Position numbers and translations under genes: made by a program
Assembly (NCBI GenBank): GCA_964610715.1
Contig: CAZSWE010000001.1
Location: 1 to 42,979, forward strand
DNA length: 42,979 nucleotides
Source: an uncultured Candidatus Planktophila sp.
GTDB taxonomy: Bacteria; Actinomycetota; Actinomycetes; Nanopelagicales; Nanopelagicaceae
Reading direction: 5' to 3'
The notes under the pieces: generated by a model
Database searches by the model: none
Told to the model about the DNA's origin: nothing
Seen by the model: the letters and a program-made list of their open reading frames with translations, nothing else
Shown: positions 30,101-38,431 of the stretch, piece after piece
Numbering within the stretch: the first letter of the stretch is position 1
How the letters are laid out: every line of letters begins with the position of its first letter

Positions 30101-30870
30101 GCCTTTCCGTCCGCATCATTCCCTGTCTTGATGTCACAGATGGTCGCGTTGTAAAGGGAGTAAATTTCACAGATCTCCGCGATGCCGGGGATCCTGTTGA
30201 GATGGCGGCCCTCTACGGACGTGAAGGCGCAGATGAACTTACCTTCCTCGATATCTCTGCAAGTGCTGCAGGGAGAGAGACAACACTTGATGTAGTTCGA
30301 AAAACTGCAGAGCAAGTCTTTATCCCTCTTACTGTGGGAGGGGGAATTCGTAGTGTTGAAGATGTCAATCAGTTACTGCGTGCAGGTGCAGATAAAGTCT
30401 CCATTAATACTGCAGCGCTGGCACGACCTGAGTTAATCGCTGAAATCGCTGATCGTTTTGGTTCACAAGTTCTCGTTCTCTCAGTGGATGCGCGCCGTGC
30501 ACGTACTGAATCAGGATTTGAAGTAACCACACATGGTGGACGACAGAGCGCAGGAGTAGATGCGCTTGCCTGGGTTGAGAAAGCGTGTGCACTGGGTGTT
30601 GGTGAGATTCTCTTAAATTCAATGGATGCCGATGGAACTCGCGCTGGCTATGACATTGGAATGATCACTGCTGTACGTGCTGTTTCGCGAGTTCCACTCA
30701 TTGCAAGTGGTGGGGCAGGAACGCTAGAAGATTTCTCTGCTGCCCTCGATGCCGGCGCAGATGCGCTCTTGGCAGCGAGCGTCTTTCACTTTGGGATTCA
30801 CCGTATTCCTGATGTGAAGAAGTACTTGCAAGGCCAGGGTTATTCAGTTCGCAACGCGCAGGCTTCGTAA
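30097..30870 (+). CDS. hisF: Imidazole glycerol phosphate synthase cyclase subunit
   Basis: [25 protein letters not shown] and NSMDADGT motifs. Confidence 0.98.
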   Translation: MSLSVRIIPCLDVTDGRVVKGVNFTDLRDAGDPVEMAALYGREGADELTFLDISASAAGRETTLDVVRKTAEQVFIPLTVGGGIRSVEDVNQLLRAGADKVSINTAALARPELIAEIADRFGSQVLVLSVDARRARTESGFEVTTHGGRQSAGVDALAWVEKACALGVGEILLNSMDADGTRAGYDIGMITAVRAVSRVPLIASGGAGTLEDFSAALDAGADALLAASVFHFGIHRIPDVKKYLQGQGYSVRNAQAS

Positions 30871-30885
30871 GGCAGAATAGGGTCT

Positions 30886-31230
30886 ATGAGCGGCCAACTT
30901 CCCGAAGCAATTCTTGCGCTGCTCAAAGATCCATCAACTCTGATTCCAGCGATTGCCCAAGATGCCACAAGCGGTGAAGTTTTGATGTTGGCATATATGA
31001 ATACTCAATCTTTAGCGTTGACTATCCAGACAGGACGCGCCACCTATTGGTCGCGTAGTCGTAGCGAACTCTGGGAGAAGGGCGCCACTTCGGGAAATAC
31101 GCAGATGGTTCACTCCATCTCTTTAGATTGCGATGGCGATGCCTTGTTACTTAAAGTTGAACAGAGCGGTGCTGCCTGCCATACCGGCGATCGCTCCTGC
31201 TTCCATACAAATATTGAGTTGGCGCGATGA
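30886..31230 (+). CDS. hisI: Phosphoribosyl-AMP cyclohydrolase
   Basis: [19 protein letters not shown] and ACHTG..SCF motifs. Confidence 0.96.
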   Translation: MSGQLPEAILALLKDPSTLIPAIAQDATSGEVLMLAYMNTQSLALTIQTGRATYWSRSRSELWEKGATSGNTQMVHSISLDCDGDALLLKVEQSGAACHTGDRSCFHTNIELAR

Positions 31231-32711
31231 AGCTCGAAGAATTCCGTGAGTTTGCCAAAAACCATAACGTCATCCCGGTCTACCGAAAGCTCCTCGCCGA
31301 TGGCGAAACTCCGCTGAATGTCTATAAGAAGTTAGCGAAGAATCTTCCTGGAACTTTCTTACTGGAATCGGCAGAACATGGGGGAGTCTGGTCACGCTAT
31401 TCATTTATCGGCGCTTATAGCCAGACAACTTTGACCGAGAAAGATGGGGCAGCGTTCTGGTTAGGCACGCCTCCAGCGGGCGTACCCGTGGATATGAGTC
31501 CACTCGATGCGCTCCGTAAATCTGTTTCACATTTGAAATCTCCAAAGATTGCCGGCCTTCCTACTCTGACCGGTGGCTTAGTTGGATATATGGGCTACGA
31601 CTGCGTCCGCAGTTTGGAGCGGATTCCAGAGCTTGCCCAGAAAGATATTGCTCTTCCTGAAATCGCCTTTATGTTAACTAGTGATTTGGCGGTGATGGAT
31701 CACGCTGAAGGAACAATCACTCTGATTGCCAATGCAATCAATTGGGACGGTTCCGACGAACGCATCGATGAATCTTATGCAGATGCCCTCTCTCGCCTTG
31801 ATCGGATGCAAGCAGAACTTCTTGCACCCCTCGCCGGAGATGTCACAACTATTCCTTCGAAGAAGGCGCCTCAATTTTCTCGGAATATGACTGCTGACGA
31901 ATTTATGGCAAAGGTTGAGATAGCCAAAGAGGAAATCCGAGCAGGAGAAGCTTTTCAGATTGTTTTGTCGCAGAGATTTGCGATGCCATGTGCCGCTGAT
32001 GCCCTCGATGTCTATCGAATGTTGCGACTTAATAATCCAAGTCCTTATATGTACTTGTTCCGCTTTGAAGATGGCGTTGAGATTGTCGGTTCCAGTCCAG
32101 AAGCACTTGTTAAAGTCACTGGCGATGAAGTCATGGTGCATCCAATTGCCGGCACTCGTAAACGTTCTGCCTCAGTAGAAGAAGATATTCGCCTAGGTGA
32201 AGAGCTGCTGGCAGATCCAAAGGAGCGTGCTGAGCATTTGATGTTAGTTGATTTAGGCCGCAATGATTTAGGACGCGTCTGCGCACCTGGTTCAGTAGAA
32301 GTAATCGATTTTATGCATATCGAGCGTTACTCACATGTGATGCATATTGTCTCGACCGTGATTGGAAAGTTGGATCCTTCCTCAACTCCTATTGATGCGC
32401 TCTTCTCAGTCTTTCCAGCAGGAACGCTTTCAGGAGCGCCCAAGCCACGCGCTATGGAGATCATTGAATCGCTCGAACCAACAAGACGTGGGTTGTATGG
32501 CGGTGCGATCGGATACTTTGATTTCACCGGCAATATCGATGCATGTATTGCAATTCGAACTGCGCTCCTTCACGGCGGCACTGCCTATGTACAAGCAGGG
32601 GCTGGACTTGTAGCTGATTCAGATCCAGCATCTGAAAATGAAGAGACGCTCAATAAGGCAGCAGCTGTTCTCGGCGCAATCAGCGCAGCACACGAATTGC
32701 AGCGACCATGA
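31227..32711 (+). CDS. trpE: Anthranilate synthase component I
   Basis: LLESAE (Trp feedback site), [29 protein letters not shown] and [10 protein letters not shown] motifs. Confidence 0.95.
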   Translation: MKLEEFREFAKNHNVIPVYRKLLADGETPLNVYKKLAKNLPGTFLLESAEHGGVWSRYSFIGAYSQTTLTEKDGAAFWLGTPPAGVPVDMSPLDALRKSVSHLKSPKIAGLPTLTGGLVGYMGYDCVRSLERIPELAQKDIALPEIAFMLTSDLAVMDHAEGTITLIANAINWDGSDERIDESYADALSRLDRMQAELLAPLAGDVTTIPSKKAPQFSRNMTADEFMAKVEIAKEEIRAGEAFQIVLSQRFAMPCAADALDVYRMLRLNNPSPYMYLFRFEDGVEIVGSSPEALVKVTGDEVMVHPIAGTRKRSASVEEDIRLGEELLADPKERAEHLMLVDLGRNDLGRVCAPGSVEVIDFMHIERYSHVMHIVSTVIGKLDPSSTPIDALFSVFPAGTLSGAPKPRAMEIIESLEPTRRGLYGGAIGYFDFTGNIDACIAIRTALLHGGTAYVQAGAGLVADSDPASENEETLNKAAAVLGAISAAHELQRP

Positions 32712-32863
32712 AGCTAGCGATCTCACTCTTCTTTGTAGCGGTCATCGCAATTTCAATAAGCCGACGTCTGCGACTTTCTGCTCGCTACGAGAGAGCTCCA
32801 CGCGAACTTAATACTTGGACGGCGCTCGATAAAGGTATTGATCCAACTGAGGAGACCAAGTGA
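32708..32863 (+). CDS. 51-aa minimal Trp-biosynthesis-associated membrane protein (Trp_oprn_chp-like C-terminal motif); not in the ORF track
   Basis: Hand translation: [55 protein letters not shown] overlap with the trpE stop and GTGA overlap with the trpC start. SARY...W.ALD.G.DPT motif present. Confidence 0.85.
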   Translation: MKLAISLFFVAVIAISISRRLRLSARYERAPRELNTWTALDKGIDPTEETK

Positions 32864-33633
32864 GCGTCCTCGACTCGATTATTGAAGGTGTACGTGAAGA
32901 TTTAGCAGCGCGCCGTGGCTCCATGGGAGCCCTGCATGAGCGCATTGATGCGCAAGCGCCCGCACTTGATGCCCACTCATTTCTATCGCGCAATGAGATG
33001 AATGTAATCGCAGAGGTAAAGCGCTCATCGCCTTCCAAAGGAAACCTGGCACCTATTACAGACCCGGCAGCCCTTGCAGAAAAGTATCAAGAGGCTGGCG
33101 CTGCAGCTGTCAGCGTTCTGACTGAACAACGCAGATTTGGTGGCTCTCTGGCAGATCTAGATGCGGTGCGATCTCGCATTGAAATACCGGTGCTGCGCAA
33201 AGATTTTATGGTTGATGAGTATCAATTTCTAGAAGCGCGCGCACATGGCGCAGATATCGTCTTATTGATTGTGGCCGCGCTCTCCAAGAGCCAACTGAAA
33301 GATTTCTACGATCTAGCTACCGAACTTGGTATGGCATCTCTTGTTGAAGTACATACGCAATCTGAGTTAGAGAGCGCTATGGATATCTCACCTCGCATTG
33401 TGGGAGTTAACTCACGAAACCTTAAGACGCTTGAAGTCAGCGCATCAGTATTTGAAGAGCTCATCCCAGCAATTCCATCCTCTGTGATTCGAGTTGCCGA
33501 ATCAGGGATTTCAACCCGCGCAGATGTCGCTCAGGCGCAAAAGGCGGGGGCAACTGCAATTCTTGTCGGTGAATCCCTCGTGAAATCAGGTGACCCTATT
33601 TCTGCAATGCGTGAACTACTAGGTCACGGGTAG
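32860..33633 (+). CDS. trpC: Indole-3-glycerol phosphate synthase
   Basis: [29 protein letters not shown] and AESGI motifs. Confidence 0.97.
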   Translation: MSVLDSIIEGVREDLAARRGSMGALHERIDAQAPALDAHSFLSRNEMNVIAEVKRSSPSKGNLAPITDPAALAEKYQEAGAAAVSVLTEQRRFGGSLADLDAVRSRIEIPVLRKDFMVDEYQFLEARAHGADIVLLIVAALSKSQLKDFYDLATELGMASLVEVHTQSELESAMDISPRIVGVNSRNLKTLEVSASVFEELIPAIPSSVIRVAESGISTRADVAQAQKAGATAILVGESLVKSGDPISAMRELLGHG

Positions 33634-33643
33634 GCTTTCAGCT

Positions 33644-34837
33644 ATGACAACTCTCGATGAGATTGCAGGCCACTTTGGCCAATATGGCGGACGCTTTGTT
33701 CCAGAAGCGTTGATTGGAGCCCTCGAAGAGCTCGATGCTGCGCGCATCAAGGCGCAGACGGATCCCACATTTATCGAAGAATTGGCAGAGCTGCATCGCA
33801 CCTACACAGGTCGTCCAAGCATTCTGACAGAGGCGCAACGTTTTGCAGAACATGCAGGCGGTGCACGCATTCTCTTGAAGCGCGAAGATCTCAACCACAC
33901 TGGCAGCCACAAGATCAATAACGTTCTTGGTCAAGCGCTCCTGACAAAACGTATGGGCAAGAAGCGCATCATCGCCGAAACTGGCGCTGGCCAACATGGA
34001 GTTGCATCAGCAACTGCTGCGGCGTTGATGGGACTTGAATGCGTTGTTTATATGGGCGAAGAAGATACAAAGCGCCAGGCGCTTAACGTAGCTCGCATGA
34101 AATTATTGGGCGCAGAAGTAATTCCTGTAACTTCAGGTTCACGCACTCTGAAGGATGCGATTAATGAGGCGATGCGCGATTGGGTGACCAATGTTGAGAC
34201 CACTCATTACATGCTCGGCACTGTTGCCGGACCGCACCCATTTCCTTCCATGGTGCGCGACTTCCATAAAATCATCGGTGAAGAATCTCGAGAACAAGTG
34301 TTGGCGCTGACTGGAAAACTTCCAACTGCAGTTCTCGCCTGTGTCGGGGGAGGATCTAATGCCATCGGAATATTCCATCGCTTTATCTCCGATCCTGAAG
34401 TTCGTTTAATCGGACTTGAAGCAGCAGGAGATGGCGTTGAAACTGGAAGACATGCGGCAACCATTACCGGTGGAAGCCCGGGCGTGCTTCACGGAAATCG
34501 CACCTATGTTCTTCAAGATGAAAATGGTCAGACAATTGAATCTCATTCAATCTCGGCTGGACTTGATTACCCAGGTGTAGGTCCAGAACATGCTTACCTT
34601 CATGACATTGGTCGCGCTGAATATCGCGCGATTACCGATGCGCAGGCGATGCATGCATTCGCACTTCTTTGTAAGACTGAAGGAATCATTCCAGCTATCG
34701 AAACTGCTCATGCTCTCGCTGGCGCACTTCAGATAGGTAACGAGCTCGGTCCTGATGCAATATTGCTCATTAATCTATCGGGACGCGGCGATAAGGATGT
34801 TCAGACTGCGGCGCAGTATTTTGGAATCCCGCTGTAA
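33644..34837 (+). CDS. trpB: Tryptophan synthase beta subunit
   Basis: [31 protein letters not shown] and SGRGDKD motifs. Confidence 0.99.
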   Translation: MTTLDEIAGHFGQYGGRFVPEALIGALEELDAARIKAQTDPTFIEELAELHRTYTGRPSILTEAQRFAEHAGGARILLKREDLNHTGSHKINNVLGQALLTKRMGKKRIIAETGAGQHGVASATAAALMGLECVVYMGEEDTKRQALNVARMKLLGAEVIPVTSGSRTLKDAINEAMRDWVTNVETTHYMLGTVAGPHPFPSMVRDFHKIIGEESREQVLALTGKLPTAVLACVGGGSNAIGIFHRFISDPEVRLIGLEAAGDGVETGRHAATITGGSPGVLHGNRTYVLQDENGQTIESHSISAGLDYPGVGPEHAYLHDIGRAEYRAITDAQAMHAFALLCKTEGIIPAIETAHALAGALQIGNELGPDAILLINLSGRGDKDVQTAAQYFGIPL

Positions 34838-35641
34838 ATGTCCACACCGCTTGATGATCTCTTTGTGAAGGTCCGTTCTGAAAATAGAGCAGCCCTCATT
34901 GCATATATCCCTGCCGGATTTCCAACTATTGAAGGTTGCAAGAAAGTAATCCAAGCCTTTATCGAAGGTGGCGTTGATGCCATTGAAATCGGCTTTCCTT
35001 ATAGCGATCCGGTGATGGATGGGCCAACAATCCAGGCTGCTGCAGACCAATCACTTTCACAGGGAACAAACGCGGCAGATGTATTTGATGCACTTAAAGT
35101 TGCGACCGATTCAGGTGTTCCTGCAGTAGTTATGACTTACTGGAATCCAATCGAAAAATACGGAGTCGAGAAGTTCGCCCAATCGATTGCAGCAAACGGT
35201 GGATCAGGAGTGATTACTCCAGATCTGACTATCGAAGAATCCGCTGGATGGAAGTCAGCGGTTGAGAAGAGCGAGATCAATCCAATTTACGTTGTTGCGC
35301 CAAGTACATCTGCGCAACGTCTGCCACAAGTAACATCGCGATGCGGTGGCTTTGTTTATGCGGCAAGTCTCATGGGGGTAACCGGTACACGTACCGCTGT
35401 CTCATCAGGAGCGCCTGACCTAGTTGCGCGTATTAGAGAGACGACAGATCTTCCGATTGCAGTTGGCCTTGGCGTTTCAACTCGCGAGCAGGCCAAGGGC
35501 GTTGCAGGATATGCAGACGGAGTCATTGTGGGATCGGCATTTATTAAGGCGATGCAGGATGCTCCAAATGAGGCAGAGGGATTGAAATCTGTGAAAGAGT
35601 TAGCGCAACAACTTTCTTTGGGAGTACGAGAAGGACGATGA
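34838..35641 (+). CDS. trpA: Tryptophan synthase alpha subunit
   Basis: EIGFPYSDPVMDGPTIQ, MTYWNP, GVTG and ADGVIVGSA motifs. Confidence 0.98.
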   Translation: MSTPLDDLFVKVRSENRAALIAYIPAGFPTIEGCKKVIQAFIEGGVDAIEIGFPYSDPVMDGPTIQAAADQSLSQGTNAADVFDALKVATDSGVPAVVMTYWNPIEKYGVEKFAQSIAANGGSGVITPDLTIEESAGWKSAVEKSEINPIYVVAPSTSAQRLPQVTSRCGGFVYAASLMGVTGTRTAVSSGAPDLVARIRETTDLPIAVGLGVSTREQAKGVAGYADGVIVGSAFIKAMQDAPNEAEGLKSVKELAQQLSLGVREGR

Positions 35642-36126
35642 AGAAAATTCAACCATGGCTAGGGCTTGCTGCTCGACTCATCCTTGGCGGAACCCTGATT
35701 GCTGCTGGCTATCTCAAATTTGATGAGCTCGATAAATCGCAGATGGCCGTACGGGCCTACGAGATGCTGCCGATTCCACTGGCGAATTTCCTCGGAATCT
35801 TTGTGCCATTCTTTGAATTAGCGGTAGGAATTCTCCTGGTTATCGGAGCAGCTGTCCGCATTAGCGGTGCGTTGAGTGCGCTCCTAATGATTGGTTTCAT
35901 GATTGCAATCTCCCAAGCCTGGGCGCGCGGGCTCTCTATCGACTGCGGATGCTTTGGTGGCGGGGGACAAGTTCCTGAAGGTGAAGCCAATTATCTGACT
36001 CCACTGCTGCGCGACACAGGCTTAGCGCTCTTAGGAATTTACTTAACTCTCTTCCCACACACTAAATTTGGCCTGGATAAATCACCAGCGCCTGCGACAC
36101 AACTAGGAGAAAGCAACAATGGCTAA
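35638..36126 (+). CDS. MauE/DoxX family redox-associated membrane protein
   Basis: About four TM segments, AVRAY..LP and RGLSIDCGCFG (CxC) motifs. Confidence 0.85.
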   Translation: MKKIQPWLGLAARLILGGTLIAAGYLKFDELDKSQMAVRAYEMLPIPLANFLGIFVPFFELAVGILLVIGAAVRISGALSALLMIGFMIAISQAWARGLSIDCGCFGGGGQVPEGEANYLTPLLRDTGLALLGIYLTLFPHTKFGLDKSPAPATQLGESNNG

Positions 36127-36790
36127 ACAACCAGGAAAAGATAACTTCACTCGCAATCTTGTCATTGCAGTCGTCGTAGGCGTTCTCCTCATCATGTTGG
36201 TACCGACACTTCTATCACGACAGACCGATTCTTCAGCCAGCATCCCAGCGAACGTTTCAGCCGATCGCGGGTATGGAGTTGTCTTTAATGGCGAACTCAC
36301 TGGAGTCCCTGTTGTCGATATCTATGAAGACTTTCAATGTCCGGTCTGTGCTCAATTCACACAGCTCAACGGCCCATACATTGAATCGCTGATTGCCGAA
36401 AAGAAGGCAACCGTTGTTTATCACACGCTCTCATTCTTGGGACCTGAATCTGTCAACGCTGCCAATGCAGCTGCATGTTCTGCAGATGAGGGTAAATTCC
36501 TTGATTACCACCGCTTGCTCATGATGAATCAGAAGCAGGAAAATTCAGGTGCTTGGGATAACACTTTCCTTGCAAGCCTTGGACAGACAGCTGGAATCAC
36601 CAGCCAGAAATTTAGTAGCTGCGTCAACAAGGGTGAATATGTCGGTTGGGTCAGCAATGTTGCTGCAGCCGGTGCAAAGGCAAATGTAAATTCAACTCCT
36701 ACTGTCTTCGTCAACGGTAAAGAGATTGACCGCAACGCAAGCGAATACTTTGACGCTGCCAAGTTCAAAGCTGCAGTAGAGCGCGGATAA
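36119..36790 (+). CDS. dsbA: Membrane-anchored DsbA-family thioredoxin-fold protein
   Basis: N-terminal TM, YEDFQCPVC active site, second Cys pair (AACS/SSCV) and STPT cis-Pro loop. Confidence 0.88.
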   Translation: MAKQPGKDNFTRNLVIAVVVGVLLIMLVPTLLSRQTDSSASIPANVSADRGYGVVFNGELTGVPVVDIYEDFQCPVCAQFTQLNGPYIESLIAEKKATVVYHTLSFLGPESVNAANAAACSADEGKFLDYHRLLMMNQKQENSGAWDNTFLASLGQTAGITSQKFSSCVNKGEYVGWVSNVAAAGAKANVNSTPTVFVNGKEIDRNASEYFDAAKFKAAVERG

Positions 36791-36795
36791 GTACT

Positions 36796-37599
36796 TTGCA
36801 AGCCTTTCCAACTCCGAGTACATCGGCAGTTGCGCTAGGCCCTTTCACCATTCACTTCTATGCGCTCTGCATCATTGCAGGGGTAGCGGTAGCAATCTGG
36901 GTTGGTAATAGACGATTTGTTGCAGCCTTTCCTGGTGCTCAAACAGTTCTATCGGATGTAGCAATTGTTGCTGTACCCAGCGGTGTTATTGGTGGTCGTC
37001 TCTACCATGTACTCACTTCACCAGAACTCTACTTTGGTGCAGGTGCAAACTTCGCTGATGTTTTCAAGATCTGGAAAGGCGGTCTTGGAATTTGGGGCGC
37101 AATTGGCTTGGGTGCGTTAGGTGCATATATCGCTTATCGCAGAATCGCCCGTCGCATCGAACTACCAAGCTTTGCTCACTTTGCAGATGCTTTGGCTCCA
37201 GGTTTACTACTTGCACAAGCGATTGGTCGATTCGGTAATTGGTTTAATGGAGAACTCTTTGGCAGACCACTAGATTCTTGGTGGGCGCTAGAAATCCCAG
37301 CAAACCTTCGCCCCAGTGGATATGAAAACTTTGCCACCTTTCATCCCACCTTTGCATATGAAGCACTCGCAACCGCATCCCTTGCCGCTCTTTTAATTGC
37401 GCTCGGTACTCGATATCCAGCTGGCTCAATCTTTGCGCTCTATGTAGCGGGCTACTCGCTCGCTCGATTCTTTATCGAAGGAATCCGTATTGATCAGGCC
37501 CATGTTTGGGGTGGGCTACGTCTCAATCAATATGTTGCAATGACTCTTTTTGCACTTGCATGTGCTGCCTTCATCAAATTGAGGCGCTCAGACAGGTAG
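36796..37599 (+). CDS. lgt: Prolipoprotein diacylglyceryl transferase
   Basis: HFYALCI, GGRLYHV, GGLGIWG, AQAIGRFGNWFNGE and HPTFAYE motifs. Confidence 0.95.
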   Translation: MQAFPTPSTSAVALGPFTIHFYALCIIAGVAVAIWVGNRRFVAAFPGAQTVLSDVAIVAVPSGVIGGRLYHVLTSPELYFGAGANFADVFKIWKGGLGIWGAIGLGALGAYIAYRRIARRIELPSFAHFADALAPGLLLAQAIGRFGNWFNGELFGRPLDSWWALEIPANLRPSGYENFATFHPTFAYEALATASLAALLIALGTRYPAGSIFALYVAGYSLARFFIEGIRIDQAHVWGGLRLNQYVAMTLFALACAAFIKLRRSDR

Positions 37600-37608
37600 G
37601 CTTGCAAG

Positions 37609-38322
37609 ATGGGGCTAGAAGATGTCTATCAACGTAATCTCAGCCATCGCACTCATCGCGCTGGCTGGTTGCGCGCTGCCGTCCTTGGCGCAAATGACGG
37701 TTTGGTCTCGACTGCAAGTTTGATGATCGGCGTTGCCGCAGCGCGCGCCGGAGAACAGAGTTTCCTCATCACAGCAGGTGCGGCTGGAATTGCAGCGGGT
37801 GCCATGTCGATGGCCGTTGGTGAATATGTCTCAGTTCGTTCACAAAATGATATTGAACACTCTGATCGATTATTAGAGATTGAACATCTTGCTATCGACC
37901 CAGAAGGTGAGCTAGAAGAGTTAATTCAAATTTACATGCAGCGTGGACTCTCACGAGATTTAGCGGTACAAGTTGCTGTTGAAATGCATAAGAAGGATCC
38001 ACTCGAAGCGCATCTTCGCGATGAATTAGGTCAGCACCCACATACCAAGGCGCGTCCAGTGCAAGCGGCGATTGCATCGGCTCTTAGCTTTACTGCAGGA
38101 GGCCTCATTCCATTTGTTGGAGCATTTGCTCCAACTCCCGGCAAGGCAGCCTGGAGCATCGTCGCCTTCACCATCATCGGCCTCACCTTCACTGGGATTC
38201 TGAGCGCAAGAATTGCAGGATCTAAGTTGCTTACTCCCACAGTGCGAGTCATCGCCGGTGGCTGCCTCGGTATGGCTATCACCGCAGGCATTGGGCAGGC
38301 GCTCCACATAAGTGGCATCTAA
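37609..38322 (+). CDS. VIT1/CCC1 family Fe2+/Mn2+ transporter
   Basis: LRAAVLGANDGLVS and AGAMSMAVGEYVSV motifs, acidic cytoplasmic loop, C-terminal TMs. Confidence 0.92.
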   Translation: MGLEDVYQRNLSHRTHRAGWLRAAVLGANDGLVSTASLMIGVAAARAGEQSFLITAGAAGIAAGAMSMAVGEYVSVRSQNDIEHSDRLLEIEHLAIDPEGELEELIQIYMQRGLSRDLAVQVAVEMHKKDPLEAHLRDELGQHPHTKARPVQAAIASALSFTAGGLIPFVGAFAPTPGKAAWSIVAFTIIGLTFTGILSARIAGSKLLTPTVRVIAGGCLGMAITAGIGQALHISGI

Positions 38323-38393
38323 ACCACCTAGGTTGCTACTCTTTCGCTACTGAAGTTGGTAGGCGCACCAGTACTTACCGCTCACGGGCCAAA

Positions 38394-38426
38394 GTTGTCC
38401 CTTTTGTTTTACGAAAAAAGGACAAC
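38394..38426 (+). promoter_or_regulatory. Hairpin overlapping the gltB ribosome-binding site
   Basis: GTTGTCC (38394-38400)/GGACAAC (38420-38426) plus inner TTTT/AAAA pairing covers AAAGGA (38417-38422), which ends 9 nt before ATG38432. Confidence 0.55.
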
Positions 38427-38431
38427 GGGTT

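Noticed and set aside
33634..33643. Streptomyces-type small trpM ORF between trpC and trpB
   Set aside because: Only 10 nt separate the genes.
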